From assembly GCA_964535935.1 (NCBI GenBank), contig CAZHWM010000025.1:6159-70158 (forward strand): a DNA stretch of 64,000 bases, read 5' to 3'. This DNA is from an uncultured Planctomycetales bacterium. Its GTDB lineage: Bacteria; Omnitrophota; Gorgyraeia; Zapsychrales; Zapsychraceae. This document shows positions 1-11,041 of this stretch, piece after piece. The notes beneath the pieces are model-generated. The model did no database searches and was not told the DNA's origin. It was given only the letters and a program-made list of their open reading frames with translations. Numbering within the stretch: position 1 is the stretch's first letter; each line of letters starts with the position of its first letter. Position numbers and translations under genes: made by a program.

Positions 1-1189
1 TTTTTTTAAATACTTCTCCAGCATAATGAAATATATTATAACATATTCGTAAGAATACCATAAGCCCAACTATACCTAATTCTGCTGTCATCTGAAGATA
101 ACAATTATGAGGATATCCTCCCCATGATATCTTATATTTAGGCGCAACCATCGAATATGTGTTAAGTCCTGTTCCTAATATAGGATAATGCTTTATAATT
201 CGTATTGCCTCTTGCCAATATATCTTTCTATCCTGCCCCCCAAAATATTGCAACTGTGATATAATCGTAGATGCAATATGAATCATCCTTTGAAGACCTT
301 TCTCCTTAGAATATTTATTTTCTTGTATCTTTAAAGATTTCACATCATCAGTAAAAAAGGAAACATTTCTATTATGTTCCATTAAAGGGGGGAATATGGA
401 AAAAAATAATATTCCTATAAGAAGGATAAATACCCCCTGAATATTCGTCTTTCTATAACGAAATAATAAAAATAAAGAAAAACAAAACCCCAACCACACT
501 CCTCTAGAAAAAGTAAAAGCCAAACACATAATAGACAAAATCATAGATATAAATAAAATTATTTTTAATATATTATTTTTAAAAAAAGATAGTGATGAGA
601 AAATTTTTCTTTGTCTAAGAGCTAATAGGCATAAATTAATCAAAACAGGAACTCCTATCAAAAGATACCCCCCAAAATCGTTAGCATGCCTGAACGATGA
701 TGTTACTCTCCCATCTATTATTAAATGATGATGTATAAATTCATATTTAAAAAAATACTGAGAAATACCACTTAAAGATATTAATGAAAAAGAGGCGAGA
801 TATATAATAAAAAAATTCCTAAATCTAACAACCGAATTAATGCACTCTACAAATAATAAACAGGTAAAGACATCTTGCAGTAATTTAAAAATAAAGGCTT
901 TAAGGCTAAGGTATGGATAATGGCTATAAAAAATCGACATAAAACAAATAAATACATATAAGCCTATGGATTTGTTGAGATTTGTATTAACAGGTTTAAA
1001 CACTTGAAGAAACTTTTGCCATACCTTCCATATTTCTCCTTTGTTATGTCTATTTATATCCTCTATAGACTGATAAAATAGCCTTTCTCTCTTAAATATA
1101 TAAGAAAAAATAATTATACCAAAAAGCGTTTCTATAATAGCCGTAGATATTGGGAGGAAGAAAATCGTTGCATAAAAACAAACTACCAT
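1..1189 (-). CDS. O-antigen ligase/polymerase family (Wzy_C/WaaL-like) polytopic membrane protein, 3' end cut by window edge
   Basis: Not in the ORF track because no stop lies in the window. Manual minus-strand translation from ATG at 1189 is open to position 1. It reads MVVCFYATIFFLPIST...FSRGVWLGFCF...ILGTGLNTYS...GGYPHNCYLQMTAELGIVGLMVF. The FSRG.WLG, GxG.NT and HN.YLQ...E.GI.G motifs match the O-antigen ligase family and the paralog at 3342-4703. Confidence 0.7.
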   Translation of the reverse strand, partial: MVVCFYATIFFLPISTAIIETLFGIIIFSYIFKRERLFYQSIEDINRHNKGEIWKVWQKFLQVFKPVNTNLNKSIGLYVFICFMSIFYSHYPYLSLKAFIFKLLQDVFTCLLFVECINSVVRFRNFFIIYLASFSLISLSGISQYFFKYEFIHHHLIIDGRVTSSFRHANDFGGYLLIGVPVLINLCLLALRQRKIFSSLSFFKNNILKIILFISMILSIMCLAFTFSRGVWLGFCFSLFLLFRYRKTNIQGVFILLIGILFFSIFPPLMEHNRNVSFFTDDVKSLKIQENKYSKEKGLQRMIHIASTIISQLQYFGGQDRKIYWQEAIRIIKHYPILGTGLNTYSMVAPKYKISWGGYPHNCYLQMTAELGIVGLMVFLRICYNIFHYAGEVFKK

Positions 1190-1287
1190 TACCTTGTCAC
1201 ATCGTTGTATGATTTTATCATTACAATTCAATTTATGATCCTTTCTATATATAAATTTCAGCTACACCTGATATAATAATTTTTTAT

Positions 1288-2259
<972 letters not shown>

Positions 2260-2300
2260 TTATTAGCTAGTTAAAAATATTTCGTTAAACAAACAGTTAC

Positions 2301-3317
2301 TTATTTCCTCCCTTTAGTCCCGTAAAGCTGACGCTCTACCAATTTCATATCAGATTCTACCATCATACGCACTAATTGTTTAAAAGTAACCTTTGGCCTC
2401 CACTTTAATATCCTTTTTGCCTTAGAACTGTCTCCCAAAAGGTAATCTACATCCGTTGGTCTAAAATATCGTTTATCTATCTCGACATATTTTCTCCAAT
2501 CAAGCCCAACAATACTAAAGGCCTCTTCAAGGAATTCTCTAACAGAATGCGTCTTTCCTGTGGCAATAACATAATCATCTGGCTTATCTTGCTGAAGCAT
2601 AAGCCACATAGCCTCAACATAATCTCCTGCAAAACCCCAATCTCTTTTGGCATCAAGGTTACCTAAATATAACTTTTTCTGTACCCCATGTTTAATACGC
2701 GCCAATGCCATTGTAATCTTTCTTGTTACAAAGGTTTCTCCTCTACGAGGAGATTCATGGTTGAATAAAATTCCATTGCATGCAAAAATATTATATGCCT
2801 CACGGTAATTAACAGTCATCCAATATGCATATACCTTTGCCGCAGCATAAGGGCTTCTTGGATAAAATGGGGTCTTTTCGTTTTGTTTACCCCTAACAGA
2901 ATTACCAAACATCTCAGAACTCGATGCCTGATAAAATTTTGTTTTAATTCCGGAATCACGTATGGCCTCAAGCAATCTTGTCGTCCCCAATGCTGCTATC
3001 TCAGCAGTATACTCTGGGATATCGAAGCTCACCCTTACATGACTCTGGGCACCAAGATTATATATTTCATCCGGCTTAATAGTTTTTACGATACGATTTA
3101 ATGAACTTGCATCATTTAAATCACCGTATATTAATCTAACCCTTACATTTTTCTCATGTGGATCCTGATAGAGATGATCTATCCTGCCAGTATTAAAAGA
3201 ACTAGACCTACGTATTAAACCATAAACCTCATATCCCTTGTCTAATAAAAATTCTGTTAAATAAGAACCATCCTGTCCAGTAATTCCGGTAATTAAAGCC
3301 CGCTTTCTTCTACCCAT
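2301..3317 (-). CDS. gmd: GDP-mannose 4,6-dehydratase
   Basis: 338 aa. [65 protein letters not shown] and [10 protein letters not shown] are hallmark Gmd motifs. Confidence 0.95.
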   Translation of the reverse strand: MGRRKRALITGITGQDGSYLTEFLLDKGYEVYGLIRRSSSFNTGRIDHLYQDPHEKNVRVRLIYGDLNDASSLNRIVKTIKPDEIYNLGAQSHVRVSFDIPEYTAEIAALGTTRLLEAIRDSGIKTKFYQASSSEMFGNSVRGKQNEKTPFYPRSPYAAAKVYAYWMTVNYREAYNIFACNGILFNHESPRRGETFVTRKITMALARIKHGVQKKLYLGNLDAKRDWGFAGDYVEAMWLMLQQDKPDDYVIATGKTHSVREFLEEAFSIVGLDWRKYVEIDKRYFRPTDVDYLLGDSSKAKRILKWRPKVTFKQLVRMMVESDMKLVERQLYGTKGRK

Positions 3318-3341
3318 TTTACTACCCTCTCCTTTTAATTA

Positions 3342-4703
3342 TTATTTATTTTTATCTTCATTGATACATAAAAAATTGCTGCTTACCACTACAAATCCAG
3401 CGAGAACCCAGAAATAAACAGATAGCTGCAAACAGTACATATGATTATCGAAAAAACTATGTACCAAAAATGCTGCAAGTCCAGCTGTCAAGCCAATAGA
3501 AATAACCTTCATTTCTTCATTATTACAATATTTATATTTTATTTTATCTATGACTGAACGAAACAAGCTCCATAAAACATATAAAAAAGTCAATAATCCT
3601 GCTATACCTGTTTCTACTAACAACTGAAGATAACTATTATGAGCATAAGTAGGATCGCATCCCTTATCTCTTCTGTATGCCTCAAATTCACGCATAAATG
3701 TATTTATACCACGGCCAAATAAAGGTCTCTCTTTTACCATCTTCAAACTATCTTCCCATACTCCCAGCCGCCATTGGATAGTATTTCTCCTATTGTTAAT
3801 AAAATTAGGATTATTAATCCCCAAAAATACTAGGAAAAATAAACCACTGAGCAACACCCCCCAAGAAACAACTGCCTTTTTCATTGAATATGTAAATAAA
3901 AGGGATAAAACTAAAATACCTACTAATATCCCAAGCCATGCACCTCTAGAAAAAGTAAGATATAATGCACAAATCATAATTATAAGCGTAGCTATATTTA
4001 ATATTCTATATCTGGCTCTCTTCCCCTTTAACACAACTAAAGACATTGTTATTGGGATTGCCACTGCAAGATATGCACCAAGACCATTGGGAGTCTTAAA
4101 TCCTGCTGTCGCCCTGTTTCCAAAAGCAAGACCACGGCCAAAAAATATGTCTTTATGAAGAACCAAAAACTGCAACAACGCATCTATTGCAGTCGCAAGT
4201 GAGGTAAAAACAAATATCCCTATTGCTATATACACCTGTCTTTTGGCCTTCAACAATGCCCTTGAATTATTTTTATATTTTGTAGAATATAGAAATATAT
4301 TATTCCCAAAGGCCTCAATTATAAGAAAATATACAATAAACCATTCACATATCTTTGTAAAAAATCCATGAAAAGATTGAATAAAATAATTGCTTCTAAA
4401 TATTGATACAATACAAAAAAATAGGAACAAGGCCACGGGAATATTAATCGGACTGGGAACAGGTTGAAATTTCCTAACGAAACAAATCAACCTATCTTTT
4501 ATAATATTCATACATTTACTTTCTTTTGCATTCTTAAACATAAAATATCTTTTAAATGTCCATAAAACTATACAAAATACTACACATGTCTCAACAACTG
4601 CAGGACTATACGGCAACCAAAAAATCAACACATAGATAAAAAATCTAATAGCCGAATCTATATCAGTATTCATGGCATGCCATTGGCTTATATTTTTTTT
4701 CAA
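3342..4703 (-). CDS. O-antigen ligase/polymerase family membrane protein
   Basis: 453 aa, polytopic. Carries LTFSRGAWLGILVG, FGRGINTF and AHNSYLQLLVETGIAGL (Wzy_C-type motifs). Confidence 0.75.
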   Translation of the reverse strand: MKKNISQWHAMNTDIDSAIRFFIYVLIFWLPYSPAVVETCVVFCIVLWTFKRYFMFKNAKESKCMNIIKDRLICFVRKFQPVPSPINIPVALFLFFCIVSIFRSNYFIQSFHGFFTKICEWFIVYFLIIEAFGNNIFLYSTKYKNNSRALLKAKRQVYIAIGIFVFTSLATAIDALLQFLVLHKDIFFGRGLAFGNRATAGFKTPNGLGAYLAVAIPITMSLVVLKGKRARYRILNIATLIIMICALYLTFSRGAWLGILVGILVLSLLFTYSMKKAVVSWGVLLSGLFFLVFLGINNPNFINNRRNTIQWRLGVWEDSLKMVKERPLFGRGINTFMREFEAYRRDKGCDPTYAHNSYLQLLVETGIAGLLTFLYVLWSLFRSVIDKIKYKYCNNEEMKVISIGLTAGLAAFLVHSFFDNHMYCLQLSVYFWVLAGFVVVSSNFLCINEDKNK

Positions 4704-6142
4704 TACGCACCTCTCCCCTTTATAACTGCAGGTATCGTTTGAAATAATATATTAATATCCAGCCAGAAAGACCAATTGTTGATATACCATATATCCCATC
4801 TTACCAGTCTAGAAAAAGATATATCGCTTCTACCTCTTATCTGCCATAGACCTGTAATTCCAGGTCTTACCTCAAGTCTTTTTAACTGTCGTAAATCTTC
4901 TTTATGTATTTGTTCAATGGGCAGCGGTCTTGGGCCTACAAGACTCATATCCCCTTTTATAACATTAAATAACTGCGGTAACTCGTCCAAACTATATTTT
5001 CTTAGAACACGTCCTATCTTTGTAACACGTGGGTCATTTTTTATTTTAAATATAGGGCCATCAGCCTCATTTTGATCCAGGTATTGTTCAAGGACTTTAT
5101 CCGCATCTTTAACCATGCTTCTAAATTTATACATATAAAATTTCCTGCCGCCACGGCCATATCTACGTGACAAATAAAAAACAGGACCCGCGCTTGTTGT
5201 CTTTATAACAACAGCTATCACAATAAACAACGGTGACAAAATAATTAATAAAATTAATGCAACAATAAAATCAAATACACGTTTGCCTGCCTGTTTCTGA
5301 AACTCCTGTGCCTGAGAATATTCTAATATAGGAATAACTCCTATATTATATTTAAAAAAATCACCTGATATTAACTCAAATCCATGAGGCACAACCCTAA
5401 CTGCTATTCCAAGTCTCTTGGCTATCTCAAGAAGTTTTAAAAAATCAATGTGAGTATTATAGGTTGTAATAAATACCTTATTAATAAACTCCCGTCTTGC
5501 TAGCCTTACAAAATCAGAACTCTTTCCAAGTATTGGTGGCATATCTTTTAATTCAGTAATATCTTTAAAATCATCTAGGAAACCAACTACATTTATACCT
5601 AAGCCTGGTCTTTTCTTTATCTCATTATATAATGCTGTTCCTACCTTACCTGCACCAATAATAAGTACATTGAAATTGTTGTATCCATGACGCACCAAAT
5701 ATTCAACAAACCAACGTTTTAAAACACGCCATACGGAAAGTAAAAATAATATTAAAACAGAACCTATAAACAAAATGGTACGAGGAAAGCCATGGACCTT
5801 AAACCCGTATAAAGCAACAATGACTACAACTGACGACAAGGCTACTGCTTTAAACAACATTCCAAGCTCGAAACTTTCCATGACTTCTCTGCGGGTATAA
5901 TATAACGACCGTGTATTTAAAAACAAAATAGTTGTAACCAGCCAAAAAATAAATATAAATCTAAAAGGATTACTCTCTCCCCAAAAAACATTGTAAACTG
6001 TTATATCAAAAGGCAATGTTGTATGTCGTATTTTACACGTAAGTGTTAATGCCGCTATAATAGAGACAAAATCAATACATATGTATGTTAACCGTATAAA
6101 AAAATTTCTATAATAAACCTTCATCTCAATCACCTTTAACAA
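4700..6142 (-). CDS. Polyprenyl-phosphate hexose-1-phosphate transferase (WbaP/exopolysaccharide initiating sugar transferase family)
   Basis: 480 aa. N-terminal TM helices and a central Rossmann-like region (VLIIGAGKVG). C-terminal bacterial sugar transferase domain: KRVFDFIVALILL...GPVFY...GRGGRKFYMYKFRSM...DPRVTKIGRVLRKYSLDELPQLFNVIKGDMSLVGPRP. An alternative ATG at 6124 avoids the overlap with the upstream gene. Confidence 0.9.
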   Translation of the reverse strand: MLKVIEMKVYYRNFFIRLTYICIDFVSIIAALTLTCKIRHTTLPFDITVYNVFWGESNPFRFIFIFWLVTTILFLNTRSLYYTRREVMESFELGMLFKAVALSSVVVIVALYGFKVHGFPRTILFIGSVLILFLLSVWRVLKRWFVEYLVRHGYNNFNVLIIGAGKVGTALYNEIKKRPGLGINVVGFLDDFKDITELKDMPPILGKSSDFVRLARREFINKVFITTYNTHIDFLKLLEIAKRLGIAVRVVPHGFELISGDFFKYNIGVIPILEYSQAQEFQKQAGKRVFDFIVALILLIILSPLFIVIAVVIKTTSAGPVFYLSRRYGRGGRKFYMYKFRSMVKDADKVLEQYLDQNEADGPIFKIKNDPRVTKIGRVLRKYSLDELPQLFNVIKGDMSLVGPRPLPIEQIHKEDLRQLKRLEVRPGITGLWQIRGRSDISFSRLVRWDIWYINNWSFWLDINILFQTIPAVIKGRGAY

Positions 6143-6929
6143 CTTTTATCTCATTCCAATTACGTAGCAACAGATATATAAACAATGTGTTACCTATAAT
6201 ATATCTCCTCCATAACCTCCTCGGTTCACTGCATAATCTAAAAAACCATTCAAGTCCTACCTGTCTCATCCATACAGGGGCCTGAGGTTTTATGCCAGCA
6301 ATAAAATCAAATGCCGCTCCTACCCCTATCATTATGGGCACATCCAGACGACTGCGATGATTATACATCCAAAAATCCTGCTTTGGAGAACCTAAGCCTA
6401 CCCAAAGGATATCAGGAGAAGATAAATTTATTTGGTTAAGCACTTCTTTAGTTTCAATAGTATTATTATTCATAATAGATGGAGCGAAACAACCTGCTAT
6501 TTTTATTCGGGGGAATCTTCTCTTTAGATTAGAAATGAGTTTTTTATTTCCTAATTCTGTCCCACCATAAAAAAAATGACGATAACCTAAGCCCTCTCCT
6601 TGCTGACAAAGAGACAACATCAAATCAGGTCCATACGTTCTACCTATAATACTTGATCCTTTCAACCGACCAATCCATACCACTGGCATACCATCCGGTG
6701 TAGTCATAGCAGCAGAATTAATAATATTTAAATAAACTGGATCACGGAAACAATCAGTTAAAGTTGCCACAGGTGCAAGACATACATATGTCTTCCGCCT
6801 ATCTTCTACCCATCTACAAATGATATCGCATGCTATCTTTAAGTTAACAGCCGCAATCTTAACCCCCATAATATCCACATATTCCATAACTGAGTCTTTA
6901 GCAAAGCTCATTTTTATACCTCGAATCAT
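6126..6929 (-). CDS. WecB/TagA/CpsF family glycosyltransferase (GT26)
   Basis: 267 aa. Motifs PDGMPVVW, GPDLM, FFYGG, LWVGLGSPKQDFWM, IGVGAAFDFIAG, GLEWFFRL and EPRRLWRRY. The true start may be ATG 6911 (GAGG 7 nt upstream) or ATG 6887. Confidence 0.88.
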   Translation of the reverse strand: MIRGIKMSFAKDSVMEYVDIMGVKIAAVNLKIACDIICRWVEDRRKTYVCLAPVATLTDCFRDPVYLNIINSAAMTTPDGMPVVWIGRLKGSSIIGRTYGPDLMLSLCQQGEGLGYRHFFYGGTELGNKKLISNLKRRFPRIKIAGCFAPSIMNNNTIETKEVLNQINLSSPDILWVGLGSPKQDFWMYNHRSRLDVPIMIGVGAAFDFIAGIKPQAPVWMRQVGLEWFFRLCSEPRRLWRRYIIGNTLFIYLLLRNWNEIKVVKGD

Positions 6930-7629
6930 CTATTATCCCGAATTTTATTATCAGGAATATAGCCTTAATACCGTCAATCCATGAGATTTTCTTCCCTTCC
7001 TCATACGTCCTACCATTATAACCTATTCCCACCTCATAAATCCTACATTTCCTACGCGATATCTTTGCAGTAATCTCGGGTTCAAATCCGAACCGATTAC
7101 ACCTCAATGGGATAGATTTAAGGATATCTGAACGAAAGGCCTTATAACATGTTTCCATATCCGTAAGATTTAAATTAGTAAACATATTGCTAAGCAGGGT
7201 CAAAAATTTATTCCCCACATAATGCCAGAAAAAAAGTACCCGTTTTGACTGAGAACCACTAAAACGGGAACCATAAACACAATCAGCCCTGCCATCTACA
7301 ATAGGTTCTAACATTACGGAATAATCCTTTGGATCATACTCAAGATCCGCATCTTGAATAATACATATATCTCCTGACATTTGTTTTATAGCAGTCTTTA
7401 ATGCTGCTCCCTTCCCTGCATTCTTTTCATGAAAAAATGCCTTTATCTTACCCTCATAACGTTGGCATAATGCCTCTATCTTTTCTCTCGTCCCGTCCGT
7501 AGATGCATCATCTACAATAACCAATTCCATCTCATTGATACCCTCCACTTTCTGGGTCAATACCCTTGAGACAATCTCTTCGATATAATTTTCCTCATTA
7601 AATGTAGGCATCAAAACACTGAGTTTCAT
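6898..7629 (-). CDS. Family 2 glycosyltransferase (Dpm1/GtrB-like polyprenyl-phosphate sugar synthase type)
   Basis: 243 aa. KLSVLMPTFNEENYI, VIVDDASTDGT and QDADLEYDP (DxD region) are typical of short GT2 enzymes. Confidence 0.88.
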   Translation of the reverse strand: MKLSVLMPTFNEENYIEEIVSRVLTQKVEGINEMELVIVDDASTDGTREKIEALCQRYEGKIKAFFHEKNAGKGAALKTAIKQMSGDICIIQDADLEYDPKDYSVMLEPIVDGRADCVYGSRFSGSQSKRVLFFWHYVGNKFLTLLSNMFTNLNLTDMETCYKAFRSDILKSIPLRCNRFGFEPEITAKISRRKCRIYEVGIGYNGRTYEEGKKISWIDGIKAIFLIIKFGIIDDSRYKNELC

Positions 7630-8340
7630 AACAATCCTCTTTTCTGATTTTACTAAAAATTGTATCCTTTATCCATAGTCGCTACAAACTCCTACTAACA
7701 ATCTCATAGGGCCTTGCAAACGCGACATCAGAATATACGATAATAGTCGATTCGCCCTCTTCTTTATTATTGTTTAAATATTTATTAATTCAATTTCAAT
7801 AACCGTATATCTTTATCTCGTAATAAGGTATGGCATAATAGAGGCAAAAATCATCCTTATGAGCACGCCATATGGATAACGCATTTATGCAAAGAGCAAA
7901 AACAAGCATACTATAAGCACAGCTCAGATATTAACTCAATAGGCTAAAAACATAAATAAATATCATTATAAGCAGGATATAAAAAAATCTTGCCTGCTAG
8001 GATCCCAACCACCTTAATAACCAATAAATGATAATAAAAAAAGACACTACTGTAAACGCTTTTCTTTTAAGATCTAAGAAAAACATCCATAAAAATGGCC
8101 CAATACAAAGCAAATACGGCAAACCTAATGAATAATCATATTGGTTATTATTAAACACCCTTATCTGGAACTGCAGCCAACCATAAATGCCTTTAAAAAT
8201 CTATCAATGTCCTCCCGTCTCCATAATCATCCTTTGCTTTAAGATGAATAGCTGCTGTAATTATTGAATCTGTCTTTGTCATATTATATTTTTTAAGCTT
8301 AATAAGCTATTAATTGTAAGTTCTTCCACCTTAAATTAAA

Positions 8341-9792
8341 CTATGTATGTATATTCTTTTTGAACATCCTATCAAAGAAAAATGCAATTATAATGATATA
8401 AAGTGGTGCGATAGGCAAGGCAAACCGTGCCAATATAGAATACATGGAGTATAGAAGTGTAAATGGAATTATTATCACTAAAATAAAAAACACTATTATT
8501 ATGGCATTATTGCTATCATTACTACAACTAAGCGCATACCTATTCCTATAAAGACATATAAACGCATAGATAATGGCGATATAAGTTATCAATGATACAA
8601 TCATACGAATCATATTCTTAAATATCATATTATCAAACAAACGTTTTAATAGATCAGGATAAGCCACGAAACCTATTTGTGTGGATTCCCAAAATGCCAT
8701 TTTCATTGCCTCAAGCCCGGTTAAGAAAAAATACTGCAATGGATTCTCCATTATCTTACAAAAAGAAAGATATATAATTTTAGAAGAATCCTCAGGGGTT
8801 GGATGATGTCCAAGTAATCCTGGCAATAATCTTGACCAATAAATATCAGCATAATGAAATTCAGGGTATCTACATGTATCTTCGTCAAAAAATTTTCTAC
8901 ATACACCCCCACCAGGAACAGATAAAATATGCGCTATAAATAATTTTTTGTTCAATTTATCTACACGTTTTGCAGCATTGCCGAATAATAAAACATCATA
9001 TCGATTTGTAAAATCAAACCTGCCGTTATATATCTTATTAACAAATCGATAAGACAACACAATGGCCAAAAATAATGTCGAACAAACAAGGGGATATATT
9101 ATGCCAGATAAAATTATATCTTTTTTTTTCTTTTGATATGCATTAAAAATAAGACATATAAAAAGGATAATAAACATTACAAAAACATATTGAAATATAG
9201 CTTTCACAAATGATGCACAGGCAAATGCAAATCCTGTCAATAATGACAACATAATAATGCGACCTATTTGACTCCCTTTAACAAGAGCATCCCAAGAATA
9301 AAATGCACACAAAATTATCATCAAAACAAATGGGAATGAAGCTATCTCCGAATATAGACTGAATGCAGAATTAACAATAGCAGGGGAGAATCCCATATAT
9401 AATACAGCTAAAGATTGGACAAATCTACTTACTCCAATTTTCTGAAGTATAAAGGCAACTATTATTTGAGATATAAATAATATAAATATCTGCAACAGCT
9501 TCTGTAGCTGTTGATAGTTGATTGAAAAATAATCTGCTATTCTCATAGAAGACGCCACCATCAAAGGATACAATGGTTCCCTATTAGGACCTGTCATAAA
9601 AAACTCTTTCATACCATGCTCTCTAATCATTGTGCCTAACTTATAGTAACAGAGTGCGTCGTGTTTAATTAACATATGTGAAGAAAAAAATAAATACATC
9701 CAATATACAAAACATATAACAAACGCAGATATAAGTCCTAAATGAAGCCGTAGTGGAAATGCATACCTTTTTTTATTTTTATCTATTGACAT
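8341..9792 (-). CDS. GT-C fold membrane glycosyltransferase (ArnT/PMT-like, tentative)
   Basis: 483 aa with about 10 or more hydrophobic helices. The first loop (HDALCYYKLGTMIREHG...GPNREPLYPLM) resembles the ArnT/PMT_2 first periplasmic loop. The neighbouring GT2 polyprenyl-P sugar synthase fits this call. Confidence 0.55.
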   Translation of the reverse strand: MSIDKNKKRYAFPLRLHLGLISAFVICFVYWMYLFFSSHMLIKHDALCYYKLGTMIREHGMKEFFMTGPNREPLYPLMVASSMRIADYFSINYQQLQKLLQIFILFISQIIVAFILQKIGVSRFVQSLAVLYMGFSPAIVNSAFSLYSEIASFPFVLMIILCAFYSWDALVKGSQIGRIIMLSLLTGFAFACASFVKAIFQYVFVMFIILFICLIFNAYQKKKKDIILSGIIYPLVCSTLFLAIVLSYRFVNKIYNGRFDFTNRYDVLLFGNAAKRVDKLNKKLFIAHILSVPGGGVCRKFFDEDTCRYPEFHYADIYWSRLLPGLLGHHPTPEDSSKIIYLSFCKIMENPLQYFFLTGLEAMKMAFWESTQIGFVAYPDLLKRLFDNMIFKNMIRMIVSLITYIAIIYAFICLYRNRYALSCSNDSNNAIIIVFFILVIIIPFTLLYSMYSILARFALPIAPLYIIIIAFFFDRMFKKNIHT

Positions 9793-9807
9793 ATCGTTTA
9801 CTATTTT

Positions 9808-10992
9808 TTACTTTTTAGCATACCAATTTGATATTGTCTGACTATATATATCCATCAATCTATTATAATTCTCTTCTTCTGTATAATGTTGTCCATATAC
9901 CTTACGGGCATTATTCCCCATCGTCTGTACTAAATCTCTTTGCTCAAACAGTATAGATATCCTCTCTGCAAGCTGATTGCTATTGTCACGTTCAAATATA
10001 TATCCTGTCTTACCCGGCACAACAAGCTCCTCTAATGCACCACCAGCGGAAACGACAACAGGTACTCCTAACGCATATGCCTCTATTACTGTCCTGCCAA
10101 AAGTCTCATAACAAGACGATGCTGAAATAAGACATATCGCCTTTGAAAGATATTCCATAACTTCATTAAAACTCACATGAGCTATATACTCTACATTTTC
10201 CATAAAAGTAGCCTCATATTTTACATAATCCGCAAGAGGACCATTTCCTATTATTCTAAGTTTATATCTATTACATATCTTGAATGCATCAATCACTGTC
10301 CTGATACCTTTATAATCCGCCAACCGCCCAACAACAACAGCATAATCTTCTATCTGATCCCTACAGAGGCACTTATCATGCACAACGTAATTAGGTTTTA
10401 TATATAACTTTCTGGAAGGAATACCTGCATTGATAAACTTCACCATAGAAAACCTACTAAGAACAATAAAACTAGATATCTTCCTAAAAACATTCCTCTT
10501 CTTGTAAGAGCGTAATATCCCTGCTGCAACACAGCTTGATAAAAATGAATTACGCCAACATCTATTTATAACCGACTGCTTGATACCATATCTCAAACAC
10601 TCTTCACAAGGACTGCTCCCACGAAAAAATAGACCATTAATACAAAAAAATCTATAATTATGCAGGGTCTGAACAACAGGGACCCCTGCATCATAACAGG
10701 CATCATATACCGAAGGCGTAATCATAAAAAAGATATTATGAACATGTACTATATTAGGAGACTCTCTCTCTATTTGCTTACGTAACTCATAATATATCCT
10801 ACTTCTCCAATATATATCTTTTAAAAGAAATCTAAATTTTGCTAAAGGTGGCATCCTTATAAACTCTTCATTAGAGCAACTATAAAATAAAACATCATGT
10901 CCATGCCTTTTAAGCATGTTTATCTCCATGCGGACTACCTCATCCTCTCCTCCTGATTCAATATATTTATTATGTACTATTAATATCTTCAT
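9808..10992 (-). CDS. Family 4 (GT-B) glycosyltransferase
   Basis: 394 aa. MKILIVHNKY..GGED at the N-terminus. C-terminal ETFGRTVIEAYALGVPVVVSAGGALEELVVPGKTGYIF is an EX7E-type Glycos_transf_1 motif. Confidence 0.88.
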   Translation of the reverse strand: MKILIVHNKYIESGGEDEVVRMEINMLKRHGHDVLFYSCSNEEFIRMPPLAKFRFLLKDIYWRSRIYYELRKQIERESPNIVHVHNIFFMITPSVYDACYDAGVPVVQTLHNYRFFCINGLFFRGSSPCEECLRYGIKQSVINRCWRNSFLSSCVAAGILRSYKKRNVFRKISSFIVLSRFSMVKFINAGIPSRKLYIKPNYVVHDKCLCRDQIEDYAVVVGRLADYKGIRTVIDAFKICNRYKLRIIGNGPLADYVKYEATFMENVEYIAHVSFNEVMEYLSKAICLISASSCYETFGRTVIEAYALGVPVVVSAGGALEELVVPGKTGYIFERDNSNQLAERISILFEQRDLVQTMGNNARKVYGQHYTEEENYNRLMDIYSQTISNWYAKK

Positions 10993-11041
10993 TGATATGG
11001 CATGAAAATAAAAAAAGATAAAATATAACTATAACCTGATA

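Noticed and set aside
3793-4158. Other plus-strand ORFs of 60-150 aa (e.g. 3793-4158, 12990-13316, 15940-16275, 38600-38935, 41811-42263, 63610-63885)
   Set aside because: All lie antisense within strongly supported minus-strand genes. They lack start-site context and recognisable motifs, so they are treated as non-coding shadows.
7078-7094. tRNA T-arm-like string GGGTTCAAATCCGAACC
   Set aside because: No acceptor, D or anticodon arms can be built around it. It lies inside the conserved GT2 coding frame (FGFEPEI) and the loop length is wrong for a T-loop.
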